A program made the position numbers and the translations under genes. From the NCBI GenBank assembly GCA_951406725.2, contig OX597823.1, forward strand, positions 109,926,001 through 109,990,000: a DNA stretch of 64,000 bases. The letters run 5' to 3'. The notes under the pieces were generated by a model. It searched no databases. It was not told the DNA's origin and worked only from the letters and a program-made list of their open reading frames with translations. Positions within the stretch are counted from its first letter, which is position 1. Every line of letters begins with the position of its first letter. This DNA comes from Octopus vulgaris (taxonomy: Eukaryota). Positions 25,561 through 38,740 of the stretch are shown here, one piece after another.

Positions 25561-26113
25561 CGCCCTGATTCAGTACCAGACAGTGGCTCTCATGGCTTCT
25601 GTTCTTAACTGATTGTAAGTGTTATCATGTACATTGTTTTGTCTTGGTATAAAAGTTGGGCTACAGCAAATATTCTGCTCAATACCACAGATTTGCTTGT
25701 CAGTTGTTTGACCTTAACTAGTTGAGCATGTCCCTTAGTGGCTGACGATATGTGCATCTCTGATCACGAGCAGAAATTATGGTGGCGCATCATAGCTATG
25801 TGTTGAGAAGAATTTTGGGGGTTTGGATAATTCACCTCTGGAAACATGGGTGGTTCTTTCAACATCCTTAAACAACCCTTATTCAGGGACCTTTTGAGCG
25901 GGTGGGGTACTCAACCAGAAGGAAATCCTAACTGGGCCCCACCTGGAAGGTCATGTACTGTTTGTCTTTTTATGAGATCACCATGTCGCGCACAAATGGT
26001 TGTGATGCATGCGCCTGGTTTACCCTTATCAGACGGGTAGTCATGTTGGGTATATTGGGCTTCGTATATTTTACCCCAGTGTCACTTTGATGGCATGAAC
26101 TGCTCTCTCACTC
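25561..26113 (+). mobile_element. Family A retroposon, longest copy (~550 bp), inside (TAA)n
   Basis: Reverse complement of 6776-7187 and 7373-7870; (TAA)n immediately on both sides. Confidence 0.9.
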
Positions 26114-26129
26114 AATAATAATAATAATG

Positions 26130-26177
<48 letters not shown>

Positions 26178-26198
26178 GTAATAGTAATAATAATAATA

Positions 26199-26240
<42 letters not shown>

Positions 26241-26252
26241 GTAATAATAATA

Positions 26253-26297
<45 letters not shown>

Positions 26298-26324
26298 GCA
26301 ACAACAACAACAACAACAATAATA

Positions 26325-26382
<58 letters not shown>

Positions 26383-26415
26383 TAATAATAATAATAATAG
26401 TATTAATAATAATAA
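26114..26415. repeat. (TAA)n/(CAA)n microsatellite
   Basis: Direct reading. Confidence 0.95.
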
Positions 26416-27489
26416 AAGCGTCCATCATATAATAATGAAATTTAATGTATAACAGTATTCCTTCACAGAGGGTGCAATTCCAAAATGAACAATTAAGTAA
26501 TAAAATCAAGAAACAGGTAACTTATCACCAAAAAAACTCTACTCCTTCGTATGAACAGTAACGGACGGACATATTGTAGTAACAGCTGGCTATAATAAGC
26601 TAGAATTTTATAACTGAAATATTGAAAGTTAAACGATAAGGATATATTCAAAAGAGAAATAAGGGGAATAAGATGTCACAAATTTGCTCACATTGGAAAA
26701 TATAGAGAACTTGGTAAAATATGGTCAACCGAATACAGGAAAACATATTTTGATTTGTCGGATTCACCGCTCAGAGAAAGAAAGTTAATTGGAGTATATA
26801 TGAGGTGAAATATAGTAATTATTTCAAACAGAATCTCCAACTCATATGTTTTGAATAGAGAACTCATTGCTTGATTGGCACTTTAAAGTGTTTGATCTCA
26901 CCTCAATCGTATTTTAGCTCTCAATTTAGAGGCTCGAAACGACTACTACAAAGTACTTTTTTTCCACTTCCTTATGATTTTTAATAAAATAATTTCAAAA
27001 TTTCTTGGGAAACTGGGAAAGTCTTCATTGGAAACAAAAAAAACAAACAAACTTCGTAACATGTTCTATGGTGGCAATATCGAACGTTTCCACAGTGACA
27101 ACTCTGACTGTATCGGAGCCAGTTTTATAATCGATATAGATCTAACATATCTGTTTTTGATTGTTGTATGCAGAAAGGGATATATGCCAGGAAATGTTAA
27201 TTGATATGATATCGTATCCGTCATTGACACAATTCTTTTTAGAGATTTTGATGCACGCTGTACTATTGGATCATTACCAGCTCTAAAACCTATTTGACCG
27301 TTTTAGAAGTACAAATTGAATTAATTCTTGATAAGCATTGAAATTCTAATTTAGCACGTAATGGGATGGCAATTTATAGTCTGAAACACGTGGTGCAGCT
27401 ATATATAATCTTATGAATAAGAAAGTTTTTTCTTCTGTCCTTATCCAAACATAGACACTTGGTTTAGACGTTCATCTCGCAATCTCACG

Positions 27490-27740
27490 CTTTTTCGATT
27501 TGCATCCACTGACAGACACGAGTAGGCAAGTTTACTCTGCCATCAACTCTGACTTTGGTAAAACGGTTGATGAAAGTGGGAAGTAGATTCTCGCAAGAAC
27601 TGTAGATGGCAGACAAATTTAGTCGTCCAGTTGAATACCTTTATGCTATAGCGTACTGTTACCAAAGATCACTCTTTTACTTTCGGATAAAATCATCGCT
27701 CGGAAATATCCAATGACACACTCCTGTCCAACTAGTTTCA
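27490..27740 (-). pseudogene. Highly decayed LINE (CR1/L2-group) RT fragment
   Basis: Minus-strand pieces in the expected order: VSLDISER.. (cf. LDISKAFD), GIQ, FINRFTKVRVDGRV (cf. FLxNRxxxVxVDG), then SG. Confidence 0.45.
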
Positions 27741-28745
27741 AATCTACTAGGAGAATATCCTGAATAATGCCCATAATACTCCTAATTCCTTATAACTTGT
27801 ATCGTTAATGCTTAGGTGGAATGATATCATACACGGTGGCAGAACTTATCGAGCAGCAGTTACAGAGTATACGATATGAAAATCTTCACTTGAATGTGTA
27901 CAAACAATTGAAATACTTTGAGAGATATACGAGAAACAATCACTCTCGTTAAACGGTAACTTTCTAAATGCTTCTCGCATAGACCGATGTATAAGTAACC
28001 TTCGCGTTACTTTATTTTTATGTAGCTAAACAAATTGTTCAGTTAAAATTATAAGTAATATCCTCAGTAATACGACAAATGAGTGACTAAACCACTAATC
28101 TTGGTCAAAGTTTTAATCAATTAAATCTAAATAATTATAGCATGTAGCGGAGAATTTGCCTAATCTTTAGCAGTAGAGTAACAAGTTCTGACATATTTCC
28201 GGAGAAGTTTTCATTCAACCGAATTGCGTAAATGAAGTGTAGTCTACCTGACGGCACTAGATTTTATATAACAAGACAGATATAACAGAATCTTTTTCGG
28301 AGATATCATAGCAAACCAGAGTCAACATTTTTACTAGCAGCCTCTTATTTTTTTCTATCGGAATGAATGATTTTTCTCCATCACTATTCGTGTAATTTTT
28401 AAATTAGTCTTATTACATGTTAGACTTAATTTCATTACATCAAGTATGCTAGTGACCACTTGGCTGTTATGTTTGTTCACAGCAGGTGATGGTGCGTACT
28501 TTTTCCATTTCCATTCTCGCTAATTGTATATGATGTTACATATTTAGGATTGGGCCTCATGTAATTGTACATACGTGTAGCTAAATGTAGGCATGTCAAT
28601 TTCTCTCACTCTCTCATTTTGTACGTACGTATCTATATCTGTATGTATGTATATATGTATGTATGTAAGTATGTATGTAAGTATGTATGTATGCGTGTAT
28701 ATATGCGTCCAGATACGTGTGTGTATTACTGTGTGTATGTCTATC

Positions 28746-28798
<53 letters not shown>

Positions 28799-28824
28799 GT
28801 GTATATATATATATATCTACATCT

Positions 28825-28854
28825 ATATCTATCTATCTATCTATTTATCTATAC

Positions 28855-28928
<74 letters not shown>

Positions 28929-28955
28929 ATATCTATCTATCTATCTATCTATCTC
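28825..28955. repeat. (ATCT)n microsatellite
   Basis: Direct reading. Confidence 0.95.
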
Positions 28956-28968
28956 TCTCTATATATAT

Positions 28969-29186
28969 AAAGTTAATCCAAACAAGAAAGCACAAAAAAA
29001 CACAACAACGCGAGGACGTGGAACAAATATAGTATTATTGGACGCTCCGGCAAGAAGGAAAGAAGGAGGGTTTAATATTTCGAACGAAGCTCTTCATCGG
29101 AAACATAGGAGAATGAAAGATCCAGAGAAGGGAAGACGGAGGAAAAAAAATCAGCAAAGGTACACACGAGGTCACATTTTGAAAAG
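28969..29186 (-). mobile_element. Short module between (TA)n tracts with hammerhead-like motif (putative Penelope pLTR remnant)
   Basis: Minus strand 29104-29070: GTTT-CCGATGA-A-GAGC-ttc-GTTC-GAAAT-ATT-AAAC. Same architecture as 5402-5573. Confidence 0.55.
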
Positions 29187-29388
29187 TATATATATAACAT
29201 ATATATATAATGTGTATAAGTGTGCGTTTAGGCATCTATACATATATACCTGTATGAATGAATATACATCTAAGAGGGATGGCTTCATATTTGAGTATGC
29301 AATATGTTACATGAAATACTGTTTCAAACTGTAGTAAAAAAAGAATATATGTTCCTCTCAATCTAGCACCCCCATATAAATAAATATA

Positions 29389-29441
<53 letters not shown>

Positions 29442-30278
29442 ATATATATATATATATATTATATATATATATACATGTACATATACATATATACATGCAT
29501 GCACACACATACGTGCACGTACACAAACACGCACACACATGCATACATATATATATATATATGCGTACGTATGTGTGAGCGCATTCGTGTGTATGTTTGA
29601 GAACCTATTGGTAATTGCAGATATGAACGAGCGCATAGCCACACACACACGAACATCTTCACATTCGCGCACGTATTCTTTTATTCTTATTCTTTGATTC
29701 AATAACATATTAGCTGCGATATTCAAAATGTCCTCTTGAACAAAAACATGAACTTGAAGAATCAAATTAAAGGCAATAGAAAAGATGGCAAAATGAGACA
29801 AAGAATGAAACAAAGTATGGTTCCAAAGGAAGCGAATCAATAAAGGATGATTCTTTAGTTTTGATACCAATTCTAAACATCGGATTCTTCGTTTTGCTTT
29901 GCTATTTTTGCTTATTAAATGGTAAGATTGTCGCTGCTGTTTTGGTTTCGATATCATTATTATTTGTCTTGTAAGCCAGTTGTGTTGTGTTGTGATGTGT
30001 TGTGTTGTGTTGTATCATCTGTTTTATTAGAGCCGAGTTATTTTGTTTGAAGTTCGTTGATAGATGCTAATGTTTATCGTTTCTGTTTGTTTTTGTTGCT
30101 TTTTTTTCCCCTCGTTTCTTTTCTCTTCTCGTCTTTTTCTTTTCAGTATTGTCCTGATTGTCTTCTGAGAAAAATGGTAAATAATTGAAGAGAGGAACCC
30201 ACATACACTCCCACTCTCTCTCGTGCACATTTAGATGTGTATACACACATGCATACACATATATAGACATACATATAC

Positions 30279-30317
<39 letters not shown>

Positions 30318-31247
30318 CATACGTACGCGCACACACTCATATGTATATGTATATATATACACATATATATATTTATAAACACACATACACACACACGCAT
30401 ATGTATATCTTACACACTCACATAGGCATATACACATATGCATTTGCACATACATGCACATGTGGCTTCTTACGCAAATATCTAACCCTCGCTTTATACG
30501 CACAGAAGTCTACAAAGATAGACACACATACATATAATACTACAGACATATATAAATGCACACATACAAACACATGCACACATATATTCACAAACAATTA
30601 CGAACACACAAACTAGCATATGCGTATACAGTTGCATATAAAGACATACGTATACATAACATTCATAAACGATATTCACACGTACAATCACGCGAAATTT
30701 GTACGTATATAGAGGCACACAAACAATTAAAGAAATGAGAATATATTTGTATGTATGCGCAAGTGTGCATACATATCTAGACACATACGAATACACACAC
30801 ACACAGACGCACAGACACACACACACACTCGCACGCAGCCACACGCATATATGTTCTTAAAAGCATTCTTATAGATATACTTACGAATAAGCGTGCATAT
30901 GTATTTATGTACATCGAAGCACACATACAATGCAAGAAATGAGAAAGTATTTATGAATAAACACAGAATATCAAGACAGATAAGACAAATCTTTAAGGCC
31001 TTGATGCAGCTGGTTTTGACCAGTTTTAGATGTAAGGTTGGACATGGGGAATTTATAAACGGCGTACGGGGTGGTTGACTGGTGGTTTGGCTAATTATTA
31101 AAGAGGGGTGGAGAAGCATGTTGGTGGGTGAGAAGTGAGTCAAGGGAGGCGGGATTCATCCATTTCTATTAAACGGATGGGGTTAAATTTATGGGGGGGG
31201 GGATGTATCCTGTTTTCGCCAACAGCAACATCGAAGATGAGAATTAT

Positions 31248-31488
31248 AATGATGATGATGATGATGACGATGAGGAGGAGGAGGAGGAGGAGGAGGTGGA
31301 AGAGGAGGAAGACAGCGGTGATGTTGTTGGTGATAGTACTGATGATGACGGAGGTAGCGGGTCAGGTATGAGTGTAATGAAAAATGTATGTATGGTGATG
31401 TTAATGACAACTGTGATGTTAATGATGAGGAGGAGGAGAATGAGAAAGTAGAGGAGAGGGGGAGGAGGAGGACTAAGTGGACGACAAC

Positions 31489-31544
<56 letters not shown>

Positions 31545-31550
31545 TGATGG
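31248..31550. repeat. Compound (GAT)n/(GAG)n/(GAC)n trinucleotide region
   Basis: Direct reading; includes a 12-bp higher-order unit GACGACGACGAT. Confidence 0.85.
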
Positions 31551-32163
31551 TAGCTATGTTTATGATTGTTGCTGTTGTTGGCATTGTGTTAGAGATGCTT
31601 TTGTTGTTTCGTTTTGTTGGGTTCGTTGCTGTTGCTGTTGTTGATGCTGCTATGGTTTCTGTTTACGTCAGTATTGATAGAAGGCAACAATTCATTGGCT
31701 GGTCGTAACATTAGAGAAGAAACGATGTGTAAATGAAGTTATAGGGTGAGTGAGAGATTAGGCTTATTGAAGCTAATAAAGATTATCAATGAGGAGGAAG
31801 TGGAGATGCGTAAGTAGTGGGAGGCAACAGTAACGGTGGTATTTGTAGTGCAGACTCTTACAATATGTCTTGCAGTGTTTAGATAGGACCCTTTACGTTT
31901 TGAGTTCAAATCCTGCAAGAGTCGGTTTTATGCTCAATCGTTCAGTGATAAATTTAATAATGTACCAGTCAAACACTAGGCTTTATTTAATAAACTGCTC
32001 GTCGCCCATAAAGCAATTTTGAACCTGTGGCTATGTTAGGTATCATTAATTAAGGTGCTTAAGATATTGATAACAGCTCTAATTGTTTGCTATTCAACTT
32101 GATGGTGGGTGGTGGTGGTGGTGGTGGTGGTGGTGGTGCCGGAGATGATGGTGGTCGTTGGTT

Positions 32164-32530
32164 AAGGCGGCGAGCTGGCAGAGACGTTAGCACGCCGGGC
32201 GAAAAGCTGAGCGGTATTTCGTCTGCCGCTACGTTCAGAGTTCAAATTACGCCGAGGTCTACTTTGCCTTTCATCCGTTTGGGGTCGATTAAATAAGTAC
32301 CAGTTATACACTGGGTAGTAAAGAAATAGGTATTTCGTCTGTCGTTACGTTCTGAGTTAAAATTCCACCGAGGTCGACTTTGCATTTCATCCTTTCGGGG
32401 TCGATAAATTAAGAACCAGTTACGCACTGGGGTCGATTTAATCGACTTAATCCCTTTGTCTGTCCTTGTTTGTCCCCTCTATGTTTAGCCCCTTGTTGGG
32501 AGTGAAGAATTAACTATTTCTTCTGTTACG
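32164..32530 (+). mobile_element. SINE family D multimer (head-bearing unit, headless unit, start of a third)
   Basis: Unit 1 (internally deleted) ends AAAGAAATAG and runs into GTATTTCGTCTG at 32330. Unit 2 ends near 32512 and is followed by TATTTCTTCTGTTACG. Confidence 0.85.
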
Positions 32531-34131
32531 GCTAGAAGTTCCTTTGACCTTGGTGCTGTTGATATCGTTCAAGATTAGGCCATGGTCACAACTGTAATCA
32601 ATAGTCTTCGAACCGTTATCATACAGTTTTTTTACGGCAACAGTGAGTAATTTAAGGATTATAGTCTCTTATTTCTCACTGCTCTTTAGAAGTATCTTTA
32701 TATATTTTAGTTTCCTTTATTGTTTGAAACAAACACACTGTATTTGGGTTACCTATCAATGATCACAGTTATATTTGTTGTGTTGTTTCTTGCCGGTACA
32801 CGTTTAGTAGTGGTGGCTTTCTAATTACTAGTGTACATAGTAATAGAGTGAAATGACATTAAAGCCCCCTGTTATTAGGCTATAAAGAAATACCCAGCTC
32901 TTACGTATCTTACTGTCTTACCGATATGACATCTAACTTGTAGGAGGTTACATGGATATAGTCATTTAGTAAGTTAGCCCAAGTCACGCAGTTGTCCTGT
33001 CGGGATTTGTTGTAACTGATAGACTTTTAACTTTTAGGCACATTATGAGAGTGCATTAAAAATAGGATGGCTGTTAATTATTATAAGTCAAATCACTACG
33101 TAGTGACATGCTTGTTGACCAGGTTTGTGAGTTAGTGTTATTGATGTTACTGTTGTTATTATTCTTGATGTTGTTTAGCCCGGAGGCAAAATGATACAGC
33201 AGAACTAAGTGCATTTGCAATCCCGCCATGTCTACAAATCGCTTCAAGGTACACTGCACCATAGACAACCTAAAGGATATGTTCTTCGTTTATATAGGAG
33301 GTAGGGTGTGGTATTGTGGTCACTGTGAAATGGTGGGGTTCTATTGTGGAAGGTATGAGAATCTGGGTGCTGAGCTGATGAAATTCTTGTTATTTGAGCC
33401 ATTGTGGATTTTAGAAGGGAGAAAAGTGTAAGCGATTATGACAATGGTACTAGCAATGATGTCGGGTGAAGGAACTTTAGGGTGGACACGGGAAAAATTG
33501 CTTAATTAAGCAAGAATATGAATAAGAGTATAAATGAAGACATTTCAAAGAGGATATTATCATTGCTATTTCTTACTAGTTCAGAAAATTTATCCAAGAT
33601 AACAAAAAATGTTACGTCAAAAATGAGACAAAACTGTTTAAAGACGGAAACAGAAACGAACGTTTTTTAGATAAACATACGAAGAGAAGAACATATTAAC
33701 ATTGAGTTATTGGACAGTGATTGTATTGAAATCTGATGTCTTTATTCCTGTGAAATCTATTCAACAGTTTTATTTGTGGTTAGCATGTATTTATGCATAT
33801 ATATGCATGTATGCATATATGCACGTTTCCTTATTATTTATTTGCATGAAGTTATATTGCGTATAGTTTAGTGAGCAATTTTGTTTGCAAGTTAATTACA
33901 GCCATACACTCAAACAACCTCTCACACGCACACACGTGTGTGTATTATGCATACGTGTATTCGTGTGTGTGTAAGTATGTGAGTGTATGCATATATATAT
34001 ATATACACACATATATATAGACATATATATATACATATATATGTATGTATATATATATGTATATATATATATATATATATGTATTTATATATATATACAT
34101 ATATATACATATATATATGTATATATATATG

Positions 34132-34182
<51 letters not shown>

Positions 34183-35102
34183 ATATATATATATATATAT
34201 ATTTACACATACATAAATACATACGTGTGTGTAGATGTGTGTGTGTGCGTGTGCATGCGCATAACCAGCTATTACTTTATAATCAGTAAATAACACGAAC
34301 TCTATCCTAAACAAATTTATACACTTTGTACAATTACATCCATTTACATATGGACACTCAGAAATCAAATAAACACATTTGTTAGCACATATATTCATAT
34401 ATTCATCTTACATTATCTTCTTTCGTCTTAAGACATCCCCTCTTAACATATCTATCGCTTCCTCTAAACTGTAGAATGGTTAATGTTTCATGCACAATCG
34501 GAGTTTCTTTTCTTTCTCTTTAATCAATTATCCATGTGAGCACGGACTGTGATGGCATAATCTTCGGGTTGTTTCGTGTGGCCAATTTCCAACCTGAATA
34601 TGTGTAGAAAAATGCAGAGAAAGAAAAATAATAGACAAATATGAAGATAGAACCAAAAGGCTGGTCTGAATACATATAGCATACTGAAATTCGTTGGTAG
34701 ACAAGTAAATTAAAAGATATCCATGTGGCAGTATGTTAAAAGTATTTTCTGAAATTAGATTTCAACTCTTAAAGGCTAGTTGGCTTGGTGGAAAATTGAA
34801 TTAAAAACATCTTTTAGTATTTTAATCTAAGGTATCCAAAATTGTATTTTGGTTAATACCGACATATCATAAATATGCATACATGCATTTACACACACAC
34901 ACACACATACATATGCATGTATAAGCCAACACTTACACACATCCATGTATATACATATATACTCACGTAAACATACACACGTAAACACACATACATGAAT
35001 ATGTATAAATACAATGGCAGAATTTGTCCAATCAGTTTAGTAAGTCATAAATAAAAGAGGAGGCGCATAAATATATACACAGATACATCCATATATATGA
35101 AT

Positions 35103-35139
<37 letters not shown>

Positions 35140-35148
35140 CATATATAA

Positions 35149-35185
<37 letters not shown>

Positions 35186-35224
35186 CAAGCATATATATAT
35201 GCAAACATATATATACATGCATAC

Positions 35225-35295
<71 letters not shown>

Positions 35296-35317
35296 TACAT
35301 ATACGTGTGTGTGTGTA

Positions 35318-35435
35318 GGAACAGGAGTGTATGTGTGGTAAGAAGTTTGCTACCCAACCACATAGTTTCGCGTTCCGTCCCACTTTGGCACCTTGTGAGT
35401 GGTTTTGATAGACAGAAACTGAAAGATGCCCGGCG

Positions 35436-35477
<42 letters not shown>

Positions 35478-35507
35478 ATATATATATATATATGCATGTG
35501 TGTATAC

Positions 35508-35561
<54 letters not shown>

Positions 35562-35788
35562 ATGTATGTATTTGCGTTTCTGTGTTTGCCCCACCACCAT
35601 CGCTTTACAACTGATGGTGGTGTGTTTACGTCCCTGTAACTTAGCAGTTCGGCAAGAGACAGATAGAATAAGTAGTAGGATTAGAAAGAATAAGTCCTGT
35701 GTCGATTTGTTTGTCTAAAAATGGCGGTGATCCAGCATGGCCGCAGTCAACTGACTGAAGCAAGTAAAATAATAAAAGGCTAAAAGAA
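35318..35788 (+). mobile_element. SINE family C
   Basis: Collinear with 20917-21328; expanded internal TA/GT microsatellite. Confidence 0.9.
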
Positions 35789-35790
35789 TG

Positions 35791-35849
<59 letters not shown>

Positions 35850-36073
35850 TTACTCTTTTACTATTTTACTTGCTTCAGTTATTTGACTTCAGCCATGCTG
35901 GAGCACATTTCCTAGAAGAAATCGACCCCAGGACTTATTCTTTGTAAGCCTAGTTCTTATTCTATCGGTGTCTTTTGCCGAACCGCTACGTGACGGGGAC
36001 GTAAACACACCAGCATCGGTTGTCAAGCGATGTTGGGGGACAAACAGAAACATACAAACATATACACACACAC

Positions 36074-36138
<65 letters not shown>

Positions 36139-36582
36139 ATAGGGTGATCGATATTAATTTAATAATACCATAATTTAACACCAAGTGGCTTAGCACAAAA
36201 AACTACGGAGAAAATACAAATTTATACATAAATTATTAGAGAGTTATCCACTATGTGGATAACTCTAGTGCTAAAAATAGCTCCGAAGCAACCACAGAAG
36301 ATCAGTTTCCAACTAGAATCAACATACATTTAACGGAAGGAAAGTGAAATACAACGAATAAAATAGATTGACTCTATACAATTGTTTCATTACTATATAT
36401 ATATATATATATATATACATATATACGACGGACTTCTTTCAGTTTCCGTTTACCAAATTCACTCACAAGGCTTTGTTCGGCCCAAAGTTATAGTAGAGGA
36501 CACCTGCCCAAAGTGCCACGCAGTTGGACTGAACCCAGAATCATGTGGCTGGTAAGCAAGCTACTTACCACACAGCCACTCT
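35850..36582 (-). mobile_element. SINE family C, inverted relative to 35318-35788 and interrupted by an insertion in its internal (TA)n
   Basis: 3' half at 35850-36060 and 5' half at 36424-36582, both reverse complements of family C. Confidence 0.9.
36133..36393. mobile_element. Unclassified ~260-bp insertion within (TA)n
   Basis: Non-SINE sequence splitting a SINE-C microsatellite, with TA repeats on both sides. Contains a perfect 12-bp hairpin at 36240-36266. Confidence 0.7.
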
Positions 36583-37374
36583 TCTCTCTCTACATATATT
36601 TATATACGCATACACATAAAATTCGGTACTTTGTAGACAGGTATATAAATGTGGTGGGTCAGAGTTCAAGTAATAAAAAGACTGAATAAAAACAGAAACG
36701 ATGAAGAAATAGCAGTCAAATTGTCATCTGATTAAGATTTCTCAATGAAAGCCACTTTAGCAGCAATTGGAAAGATCAAGTCAACATGGAAATACTGAGA
36801 AATTTATCGACAAATTGCTTAACTTGTTACTAAAAGTTACAGAAGTCAATGAATGAGAATGTATACAGAAACTTTGAACATTTAGAAATGTTGGTTTACT
36901 ATATTCTTTTAACGGATTCAGTCACAGGGATAGGATATGTTAAGGCACTACCTTAAACGATCGTATCGATCACAGTAAGGAGCTTCAGATGAAGGATATC
37001 TGCGTACCGAGTCGCTAGGTTATGCATACACATAAAAGGCCAGAATTCATCCAATCAGTTTAGTAAACAATAAAGAAAACAACGCACAGATACATACATG
37101 CATACATAAACAAACACATACATGCATATAATCTTACAGAAGACTGATAGGTTTCAATGGATGCAAATCTCTGATTTATATTATCGATGTATACCCAAAG
37201 AAAAGGCTGCCAGCTTGCATCCATACACTTGAAACCAGTGTCATAACAGGCTTCATTGTCTAAGCGTGTAGCTGAGACAGAAAACGCCAGCTCGATCGCG
37301 AACAGTTCTTCAAGGTGGATTTGTGCGTGTTTATTGTAGCTTGGCTAAGTTGACATCAGCGGTATTTGCGTTAT

Positions 37375-37379
<5 letters not shown>

Positions 37380-37432
<53 letters not shown>

Positions 37433-37960
37433 ATTTATTGTACACAGTGCTCAGGTGCACCACAACTGGTCAAAAGTGCATATAAAGCATATGCAGTAAT
37501 GCACAAATGTCTGGAAAGTGAACAGTGTATGAGTCATATACATGCTTGCGTGTGTATGGAGGGGAGAAAATCAGGTGTAGTGTTGGCGAATCTCAGGAAG
37601 CATGGAAGTTTTGAAGGATGCAGTGCTCCGACAACTAACAACTGATGCCGGCAGTCTGTTCCATGCTTCAGCAACTCTTAGCGTGAAAAAATATTTTCGA
37701 AAGTCATGGGAGCTGTGCTGTTTTCTCACTTTGTAAACATGTCCACGAGTATTAGACAGGTGGAGTTTGAAAAGGTGCTCAGATTGTTTGTTGGTTAATA
37801 ATTTTATGGGTGTCTGCCAAGTCAGCTGCCAGACGTCGGAGTTTCAGTGTATCCATGACCAGGGAAGTAAGGCGTTCAGAATATGGCAAATGCCTGATGG
37901 AGGGTATTCTCTTGGTTGCACGTCGCTGAACAGTTTCCAGACGATTAATATCCTGGGCAA
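37380..37960 (-). mobile_element. CR1-type LINE 3' end with (ATT)n tail
   Basis: Minus translation AQDINRLETVQRRATKRIPSIRHLPYSERLTSLVMDTLKLRRLAADLADTHKI...NTRGHVYKVRKQHSSHDFRKYFFTLRVAEAWNRLPASVV..STASFK, then 3' UTR, AATAAA and (ATT)n. Confidence 0.92.
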
Positions 37961-38481
37961 AGATTTAAGGACTGAGTTAAGGATTTGAGTTAAGGACTGA
38001 GAACAAACACAGCGCAACATTTTAGCGAGTTCTCTGTCGAATCTGCCGATTTGCATATCAAAAATATGATTAATATCATAATCTCTGACAAATGATTGCT
38101 TTTCATTTATTTAGAAGACGTCAACGTAAGTTTTGTAAATGTTACGAGATGTTTAAATTAGCAGAAATGCTACACTGTCAGATTAGATGTAAACGACATG
38201 AACATATTACTTGATATACAATTAATGACAATGAAATGTCATTAATTGTATATGTCATTAATTGTATACCTGCATACAAACATGCATTTATATACAGGGT
38301 CACATATAACATGGGTATAATGTGTATGCCTGCACGTGCATGCTTGTATTTCAGTAAACAATGATTTCATTTGGGGCAGTAAGATGAATAGTATTTTGTT
38401 TTCCAAGATGGGCTCACACAGATTCACTTATGTAATTTTTATTAAGGTTATGTATGTAAGTATGTATGTATCTTTGTATTC

Positions 38482-38740
38482 GGAGGCGCGTAGCTTAGTG
38501 GTTAGGGTGTCAGCATCATGATCGTATGATTGTGGTTTCGATTCCTGGACTGGAATTTCTTGAGAAAAACACTTCATTTCACGTTGCTCCAGTCCACTCA
38601 GCTGGCAAAAATGAGTAACGCTGCGATGGACTGGCATCCTATCCAGCTGGGGAACACATACGCCATGGAAAGCGGGAAACCGGGCCCATGATCCTGGCTA
38701 GGATTTAAAAAGGGCGCATTTATTTATTTATTTATTTATA
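38482..38740 (+). mobile_element. tRNA-derived SINE family E
   Basis: GGAGGCGCGTAGCTTAGTGGTTAGG (A box), GGTTTCGATTCC (B box), CORE-like TTCTTGAGAAAAACACTT, V-domain-like CTGCGATGGACTGGCATCCTATCCAG, (TTTA)n tail. Confidence 0.85.

Noticed and set aside
31191-31451. Acidic D/E-rich ORF
   Set aside because: Explained by (GAT)n/(GAG)n repeats; the other frames are open too and there is no splice or domain support.
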